A stretch of DNA of 63,656 bases, the filler included, from Octopus bimaculoides (lineage: Eukaryota), in assembly GCF_001194135.2 (NCBI RefSeq). It is 6 parts of 6 records of this genome, joined end to end, with 100 filler letters (N's around TTAATTAATTAA, not from the genome) between each part and the next. Parts side by side here need not be neighbours in the genome. Positions count along the whole stretch, not along the records: positions 54,035 to 58,532 come from NC_068982.1; positions 58,633 to 60,207 come from NC_068990.1; positions 60,308 to 62,291 come from NC_068989.1; positions 62,392 to 63,656 come from NW_026307438.1; 2 more parts are not named here. One strand, written 5' to 3'. The position numbers and the translations under genes were made by a program. The notes beneath the pieces were generated by a model. The model did no database searches and was not told where the DNA came from. It saw only the letters and a list, made by a program, of their open reading frames with translations. This document shows positions 54,314 to 63,656 of the stretch, in pieces (the first letter of the stretch is position 1; every line of letters starts with the position of its first letter).

Positions 54314-55079
54314 AACATACACATATACATACATTCATACATGTTTCTCCCTAGGGTGAGAGATGAGGGCAAGAAATTGTTTGAAATATGTTATGACATA
54401 TAAGATTAATAAAAGTTTATTAGCATTAACAAGACCAGAAACTTTTATTAATCTTCTCTCCATCTTCTTTCCTGTTTTGTATAATATCAATAATACTATA
54501 TATGTATGTGCTTGCTTTGTTAAGCTTTCAACCAGTCTAATCTTGGATATTTTTTATCCCTCCGAGGTTTATATCTTCACTTGTACCTTGATCTATCTAG
54601 CTGTCTGCCTGTCTGTCTCTGTCTCTCTATGTATATATATATGCATATATATATATAAATTTATCATTTCTTGAAAGCACTAATTTTCCATTTTCTTCTT
54701 CCGTCACTTTTATTATTTTTATTTTTATTTATTTTACACGCGGATAATTATTCTGTCACACGCTTGCTCATCGTCTTCCATCTTCCTACTTGTTCCTCTA
54801 CACACACACTTATATGTGTGTATGCATTTACATAAATATCTAATTTGATATGCAACACAATTTATGTATGCCTGTATGAATGACGTTTGTGTGTGTGTTG
54901 TATATTACAACTCGTCTGACGCTAATTTTTCTTATTTCTTCAAATTTGTTTAGAGACGCTCTCGTTTAATATATATTCAAATATATTGCATACCATCTTG
55001 TACAAAGGTGTTTATATAAAACGTGTGTGTTTGTAGAGAGAAAGTGAAAAAGATAAACACAAAACAGACAGACAGGTAA

Positions 55080-55134
<55 letters not shown>

Positions 55135-55287
55135 CAAAAGGCAAGAGGACTTGGCCTCGAGCAATAATCCATTCTGTAACGTCGCAGATTGAGTGCAAAG
55201 ATCCATGATTAACCTGTTGCTTAATCATATCAACCGTGCGTTCACTTTCAAATATACTAAATCTTTAACCTCGTCTGTATTTGTCAC

Positions 55288-55336
<49 letters not shown>

Positions 55337-55349
55337 ATCTATCTATCTA

Positions 55350-55460
<111 letters not shown>

Positions 55461-55469
55461 GTCTGTCTA

Positions 55470-55507
<38 letters not shown>

Positions 55508-55917
55508 ATCTAAATACGCATGTTACAAACAGATGCTCTCTTATTTTATTCATGTTTCAATTTATAATTTACTTTTTTAACTGTGACATTTCAAATATAC
55601 TATTGATAATAAAGACATTGTATGCATTTTCTGCTTCAGACAGGAATCCGTAGAGGTGGACAGACAGATAAATTGGTAATCCTTAGACGGTGTAATAAGT
55701 AATATAAGCTTAAACTAAGCACCTTTAGAGATATTTTCGAAAGTACTAATATGCAATAGCGATAACGTATAGTTTTGTACTATAATCAGCGCGATTCATT
55801 AATGTGCACGCATGTGTGTGTTTGTGTGTGTGAGTGGTTGATACTGTGTCTGTATGAGGAGTTGAGCTGAGAGAAAGAAAGAGGGAGAAATTCAGTATGT
55901 GTATGTTTGTGTAGTTG

Positions 55918-55948
<31 letters not shown>

Positions 55949-57315
55949 GAGAGAGAGAGAGAGATCGTGTGTAGTTGACAGTGCGTGCGTGTCTTTGAGT
56001 GTAGTTGTATGAGATTGTGTATATGAGAGTGTAATTCGTAATTTGTGTGTGTGTGTGTGTGTGTGTGTAATAAACATGTTTCATTTAAAAAATTGGTGAT
56101 AATCACTTCTTCATCAGTACAATAACAGAATGACAGATTTCGCCAACACTGAATTTAGAAAAAAAAAATTAAATTAAATATGAGAAAAATAAATATGCGT
56201 TTGATAAGTTTTTTTTTTTTCTTTTTGTCAGACTTGCAAGTAATTAAAGTGAAAATTTCATAATTTGTATTATTTTCGTAAGAGTCAAATTGTTGGAGTA
56301 TATTAATTATAATCTGAGAGATGTGTGTTTACACCATAGAACTATAATATAATATAACATATTATAATATAATATAATATAATATAATATAATATAATAT
56401 AATATAATGTGTGTGTGTATGTGTGTGTGTATGTGTGTGTATGTATGTATGTGTGTATGTGTGTGTGTATGTGTGTGTGTATGTGTGTGTGTGTGTGTTT
56501 ATTCTCCATGAGCTTGGTTAGTTGTGTGGAGAAATATTGGTCTCTAATTACCTAACAACGTGTTTTTATGGGGTTTCTAAGGTGCAATTATCCATTCATT
56601 TGTCGATAAATGCACACACACATGCGTGTACACTAGTTACATGCACGCACGCAATTGATATATCTATAAAGAACTCAATGCGTTGAGAGAAAATACAAGT
56701 GTAATCCATCTGAACATGTGTGTGTGTGTGTGTGTATGTGTGTGTGTACGTTTATTTACACACAATTCAATAAAAAAAAATGACATAAATATAACTTGTC
56801 TCTATCTTTCTGTATTATATTTGTATTTGTCTCTATACGTAACAATGAAACACAAACACACACACACACAGACACACGAACACATTTACTTATACAGTAA
56901 TACCGAAAAATCAACATGTGGACTTGTACGGCCATTAGTAGTCTACTCTGCTTGTTACAAAGTATAGGGTTCACACATCCGGTTGGGGCACCTTGTCTGG
57001 GGAAAGTCTTTTAAGAAGCATTAAAGAGAAAACAGGTCGTATTGTACGTTAAAATTCGCTCCCCGCCGTCCTTTTTTCTCCTTGATCCTTGGGAGATGAA
57101 AGATAAAGTCTATTGAATAGATAAATATGTTATATATAAGATCAATATATAATATATATATATAACATATTTCGAAGTAAATATGATTACGCTTTAAGAT
57201 ATTATTGTTATTTATTATACATTAATAGTGTTGTATATCTGTAATAGAAGAAATCATAATTGCATACGGCTAACATATAAATTATATATATATATATATA
57301 TATAAACACACACAC

Positions 57316-57346
<31 letters not shown>

Positions 57347-57540
57347 TGTATTTATTTATTGAGTCGATGCTTCACCTATTCGCGATGATTTGGTTGTATG
57401 ACTAATGCGTGTGTGTGTGTGTGTGTATTTTTCTAAGTCAGCTATAAGACTACAGATTTTACTGGAAACTGAACACCTCGATTATATTAAACGCGGTATA
57501 TTTTGACTGGTACTTAATTTAATCAACCCCCGTAAGGACG

Positions 57541-57599
<59 letters not shown>

Positions 57600-59026
57600 A
57601 ATGTCAACCGCGGCAGGATTTGAACTCAGAACTTAGAGATAATAACTAACAAAACTAAAAATAAATGAAAATAAAAATAAATACATAAATAAAACTAAAG
57701 GCTAGTGCTTTACAACATGACAAGCCTACTACGCTATATATGTATATGTAATATTAATGGGAAAAGTATCAATATATTTGAATGGAGGGACTTTGTGTGT
57801 CGACGGCTTGGTGGGCTTATTTAAAAACGCCACCTACACATTTTCACAAAAACTGTAGCATATAAACATACGCACACACACACTTATATGAATGAATACA
57901 ACGAGACGACCTCCTCCGCACTGGACTGATAAGACATGCCAGAAATACTAGCCAAATCCTCCCTAAGTTACACTGTACTGTCTCGGGAAAGGACTGAACA
58001 CATTAACTAATAAATATAGCAGTTCAAGATATAAAACAATATATTATGAACAGGGTGGTCATGTTTAGATTCTCTTTGATCATATAATTGTCTGCTGTCA
58101 CAGCTGACTCGGAGCTGAATAACAACATAGGTACCTTAAAAAGATTAAAAAGTCTTGTTTGCTAAAACTTTATACACCGTGTTTAAAATACAAGTTGTCA
58201 TTAATAATCTTATAAACAACGAAGTTATAAATAACTGCATGTACCAAGTTGTACTGTTTGAATTATATATAGTGATAGACGTTCAATCATATAAAATACA
58301 TCATATTGCTTACAAGCACTTATTTCAGTCTGGGATTTTATCGATTTCCCTATGTCGAACCGCAATCTGTATGTTTGTATGTACGTATGTATGTATGTAT
58401 GTATGTATGTATGTATGTATATATATACATGTATACATACACATATATATATACATATAGACATATATATATATACACATATATATTATATATATACATA
58501 TATATAGATGTATGTATGTATTTATATATATANNNNNNNNNNNNNNNNNNNNNNNNNNNNNNNNNNNNNNNNNNNNTTAATTAATTAANNNNNNNNNNNN
58601 NNNNNNNNNNNNNNNNNNNNNNNNNNNNNNNNGATATTGACACACATTCCCACTCAGATATCGATGCACAGGCATCACACACACACACACATCACATGCA
58701 AACAGGTCACTTACACACATATAGGTAGGTAAATACGAGCACACATGTATAAACATGAGCTACATAGAGAGCTCACTATGTCTTCTTAACTAACCACTGG
58801 CGGGAGAAATAGTAAGTAATATGTCGTTTCCTAAGAAATAAACCAGCATTATCATCTTAAATAAATGGACACATAAAATGCACAACATGTGAGAAAGAAA
58901 AGAAGACAGCAGAACACTAGAAAAGCAAAACGAAATAAAAACAGGAGACTTGATGGCCACAGCAACAACGGTTTTGACCGTAGGTATTCTCGACTAGTGC
59001 TGACTCGGAGCTACAAAAACAACAAA

Positions 59027-59089
<63 letters not shown>

Positions 59090-59927
59090 CACTTGGTTTC
59101 GAAAAGATTTTGAAGACATGTAAATGCAAATATAAACATATGTTCTCTCTCATTTATTCTCTCTCTCTCTCTCCCGTCATTCTTTTCCTAGGTCCTTTAT
59201 GTTTTACTTGCTTTAGTCATTGGATTGCAGCCATGCTGAGGAACTGCCTTGAGGCGTTTAGTCGAAAAAAATCTACGCCAGTACTTATTTTTTAGATTTA
59301 GTACTTACTCTATCGGCTCCCTTATTGCCATACCAATAATTTACGCGGACTTAAACAAACACAAAGACACACACAGGTATATTCTTCTTTCAGGCTTTTG
59401 GGTTTCTTTCAGTTTCCATCGATCAAATCCACACAGGCTAAAGTAATAGACATTTGTCCAATGCGTCACACGGTGAGACTGAACTTGGAATCACGTGGTT
59501 AGGAAGTGAATTATTACACAGTCACGCCCGCACCTCTCTCTCTCTCTCTGTACACACACACACACACATATATTCAATTTTATAAAGAATGGTACAATCG
59601 TATAGTTAATAAACACAAACATTACTCATATGTGGTGCACCAGCATGACCGCAGCCACTTGGCTGAAACACATAAATAAATAAATAAATATATATACATA
59701 TGCGTAAATGCATATATGCATATTTACAAATATACATAGATTCATACATACCTGCACACATACATACATACATACATACATACAAATGAATGCCTATACG
59801 CATGTGTGCGTGTGTGTATACACATAAATAATAGATATACATGTATACTCATACACACTCACACACACACACACACACGTATATATATCAACCTGTCTGT
59901 CTGTCTGTCTATCTGTCTGTCTGTCTA

Positions 59928-59966
<39 letters not shown>

Positions 59967-60854
59967 GTGGTGCACCAGCATGACCGCAGCCACTTGGCTG
60001 AAACACATAAATAAATAAAATAAATAAATATATATATATATATATATATATATTGTTTTATTGTTTTATTCTTTTATTTGTTTCAGTCTTTTGATTGCGG
60101 CCATGCTGGAGCACCGCCTTTAGTCGAACAAATCGACCCTTTGTAAGTCTAGTACTTATTCTATCGGTCACTTTTGCCGAACCGCTAAATTACGGTGACG
60201 TAAACGTNNNNNNNNNNNNNNNNNNNNNNNNNNNNNNNNNNNNNNNNNNNNTTAATTAATTAANNNNNNNNNNNNNNNNNNNNNNNNNNNNNNNNNNNNN
60301 NNNNNNNGATTGCTCCAATCTGGCCAGCCTCAAGGAAAAACTAAGCTAAGAGCATTAGATTCCTTGGAAGAAAGCAGCGAATGTATACGAAAACAAGAAC
60401 TGAAAAAAACGGAGAAATGGTACACAAATACAAATATAAATAACAGGACATAACAACAGGTGTCTTTCGACTAAGGACGAATTAAATTAAGCTGGCGTGT
60501 ATGGAAGTGAAGCCTTACGGCAGGGACATAAGAAATGACAGGCATGGGGAGGAATATAGATGTTGCATGGATGGTAGTCGAACCAAGAAAGAAAGTTCAG
60601 GCTTGGCCGAACACCGGTCACGTGGAGAGAGAGAAGAGAGGTAGAGGTAGAAGGATGTAGGAATTAGGGAGGGACGAGAAAAAAAGAAAAGGGACAGAGT
60701 GAAGTGAAAAGGGAGAGAAGGTGACAATGAAGAGAAAGCCAGGAAATGTGAGAGAGGGGGAACGAAAGAAAGAAGAGTGGAAAGAACAAAGTAAGTGTGA
60801 AGGGGCTGATAGAAAGAAAGAAAGAATGAAAGAATAAGAGAGTCGTACAAAATT

Positions 60855-60935
<81 letters not shown>

Positions 60936-61059
60936 ATACATATAAGAGACCAAAGTGTACGTACACCACCATATGTATATAAAAAGGAATACAAAAAATG
61001 GTACAAGAACGCAAAACATCCACACAGATGATACAAAAGAGGAACAAGAAAAAATACGG

Positions 61060-61740
61060 ACGGGTCATTCGAAGTATTGAACTGAGATTCGCAAATTTCG
61101 CACGAACGTTAACAGGAGCCATCATCAATAACAACTGGTGGTACGCCCTAAAAAGAGCCATTAAATTTGAGTCATGTAGATATAGCAAAGTTTTAGCATT
61201 GGAAAAAAATAGAATAGAAAGGGACTTAGCACACTAGAAGAGGCACTAAAATCTGGCAATGCTTTTAACGTTCTGGCAGTGAGATTGGCCCTCGACCAAC
61301 ACCTCAATACCAAGCACGAAGGCTGCATTGTCAGAGCTAAGTTACGTGCTATGAGACAAGAGGAAATCAACGCCGCGAGATGGGCCCGTGTAGTAGAGAC
61401 CCAACATGGAAACAAAACCATGGTCGACAAAAATGGATGCACGGTCAACAAACTCGACAAAATGTGTAAGGTCCTTCTCCAGCTTTTCGTTCAGCTGTTC
61501 GAGACGAGCGGTGGGCCGGATCGCGGGATGGACTTCTCGAACTTTCTGGTTTGTCTGTCACGACTCTCGGCGCAGGAGGAGGAGTGCTGTGAAGGGTCGA
61601 TCACAGCTGCGGCGGTAGAAGAGAACCTATCGGGCTGCTTTGGGGGCAAGTCGCCGGGTCTAGATGGTTTGCCCTATAAGTTCTATTGTAATATGCCAGA
61701 CTTGTTTGGGAACCTACTGGCAAATATCTACGCCAACTAG
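61060..61740 (+). mobile_element. L1/Tx1-clade retrotransposon fragment
   Basis: EGCIVRAK...; ITAAAVEENL...GKSPGLDGLPYKFY...LLANIYAN* (start of the reverse transcriptase). Confidence 0.85.
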
Positions 61741-62534
61741 CAACAGAAAGAACAGACACCACAAAATTTATAAGACCCCTCTCCCAGTGAAAAAAATTAC
61801 ATGTACATGGAGGAGAGAGTGTTGTCACTCAGCAATGGGGAAAATGGTAAACGAAAGACTAGATCAAAGATTAAAGAGGACTCAGGACTTAGAGGTGGCG
61901 AGTGGTGTTACTCAGTGTGGGGTAAGCAACACACTTTTCATATTCTCATTTATTCTCAGTTATTATTCATGTATCATTATTTTAATATTTTGATTTTAAT
62001 GTTCTTCATGTGTCATTCATAGCATCATATTTTTATTTTAATTGTTATACGTCCCAACATGTGTTGTAGTGTCCCAACATGTGTTGTAGTGTCCCCCTCT
62101 GTGTAATACCTTCATGGCAATTTAAAAGAAATAAAGAAGCTTGCTTACTAACCACATGGTTCTGGGTTCAGTCCCACTGCGTGGCACCTTGGGCAAGTGT
62201 CTTCTACTATAGCTTCGGGCTGATCAAAGCCTTGTGAGTGGATTTGGTAGGCGGAAACTGAAAGAAGCCTGTTGTATATATATATATATATNNNNNNNNN
62301 NNNNNNNNNNNNNNNNNNNNNNNNNNNNNNNNNNNTTAATTAATTAANNNNNNNNNNNNNNNNNNNNNNNNNNNNNNNNNNNNNNNNNNNNCAGAACCAT
62401 GTAGTTGGGAAGCAAGCTTCTTACTACACCATTCATCTGTGCGTGTCTGAGTCACTTTGTGTGTGTTTTGGTCTTATGTTTGGTCCCCCCTCTTCCTCTC
62501 ACCCTCTTTCTTATTTCTTTATTGCCCACAATAA

Positions 62535-62739
62535 ACATAGAGGGGACAAACAAGGACAGACAGAGGGGTTAAGTCGATTACATCGATCCCCAGTGCGTAA
62601 CTGGTACTTAATTTATCGACCCCGAAAGGATGAAAGGCAAAGTCGCCCTCGGCGGGATTTGAACTCAGAACGTAACAGCAGACGAAATACCGCTAAGCAT
62701 TTCGCCCGCCGTGCTAACGTTTCTGCCAGCTCACCACCT
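62535..62739 (-). mobile_element. SINE family with GGTGAGCTGGCAGAA head (copy also at about 26985-27185)
   Basis: GAGCTGGCAGAA..GTTAGCA...GAGTTCAAAT.CCGCCGAGG.C.ACTTT.CCTTTCATCC; near-identical copies. Confidence 0.8.
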
Positions 62740-62825
62740 TTCTTGTTCTCCCTATATGCGCGTGAGCATCTAGTTATATTCGTATATGTGTGGTGTGCGT
62801 CTGTATGCGTGTGTGTATCTGCCTC

Positions 62826-63330
62826 TAGTGCCAAAAAGTACTATGTCATTAAAACAGAGCAAGCATCCAGTCAGCCGTGCCAAATCGCAAGCGCCGAAAG
62901 GGCTGCGCCCAATCGTCTCACACCATTCTCCCTCAGTGTTAACATTAGACAGAAACAGTCGAAAGGAAGATATGTCGCATCGATAGAGGTCTCAGGATCG
63001 TATCGTAGCAACAGGACACATCATAAAAATCAATCCGCCGCTCAATGATCTTAAAATTCCTCAAGTCGATTCCTTGCACAACATAATCCACGCCAGAGTT
63101 ACCTTCTCCTCGGGACATTGTTTCACAAATGTAAAGGAATGCTCCGTCCCTGGGGCCCCTATAATGCCTTTTGGGCATTTTCAGTCCCCACTCTGTTCAA
63201 GATAATCGTTGACCGTACGCAATGTACAGCCGTTCTTTTGATAGACAGTAATTTTGGCCTGGTGATTGTCTAGGTGTGCCGGTTTAAACAGCGGTGACCC
63301 GATTATACGATAAGTTGTACTGAATTGCCT
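62826..63330. repeat. Unclassified CpG-rich repeat with a deleted relative at 12976-13130
   Basis: AG(T/C)ACCAAAAAGTACT...TCCAGTCAG...CCCAA..GTCTCAC and GGAATG(C/T)TCC(G/A)TC are shared between the two loci. Confidence 0.6.
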
Positions 63331-63621
63331 ATTGCACTGTTACTATGAGAAGCACGAGTGTATCACCTGACCTATATGTATATATGTGTGTATATATGTA
63401 TGTATGTGTGTGTGTATGTAGGCGTGTATGTATGTATGTATGTATGTATGTATGTATGTATGTATGTATGTATGTGAGTGTGTGGATGTGTGCTAATGTT
63501 TGTATGTGTATGTATATGTATGTATACATGTTTGTGTGTATGTATGTTTAAATATATGTATGTATACGTGTGTGTGCATACATTTATATATGTATATATA
63601 TGTACGTATATCTATATGTGC

Positions 63622-63656
<35 letters not shown>

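Noticed and set aside
57547-57596. Long poly(A) as a processed pseudogene tail
   Set aside because: It sits inside a SINE copy at an A-run and has no upstream cDNA-like sequence.
62443-63048. 201-aa plus-strand ORF
   Set aside because: Runs through an antisense SINE, a microsatellite and a repeat; not a credible protein.

Overview
AT-rich, microsatellite- and SINE-dense animal DNA. The repeat style suggests an octopod cephalopod, but that is inference. The window is dominated by one large minus-strand gene, the telomere-maintenance CST subunit CTC1. I rebuilt 20 phase-compatible GT-AG exons (25328 to 1193; 3092 nt, about 1030 codons) by hand. Its last exon(s) lie left of the window, and its N-terminal exons upstream of 25.3 kb are only partly resolved. 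The rest is introns and upstream DNA holding tRNA-headed SINEs, RTE, R4/Dong-like and L1/Tx1 retrotransposon relics, Tc1/mariner relics, MITE-like hairpins, a Helitron-type 3' end and assembly gaps, five of which carry a TTAATTAATTAA linker. The most striking non-coding signal is a tRNA-headed SINE-like element (28143-28399) carrying a Penelope-type minimal hammerhead ribozyme fold. A second, unrelated repeat family (19.6 kb and 32.1 kb) has the same fold with a variant core. CpG is depleted across the CTC1 body and retained beyond about 54 kb. Repeat coordinates are approximate; exon coordinates were counted by hand. Comparisons to human CTC1 are from memory, not from a database search.
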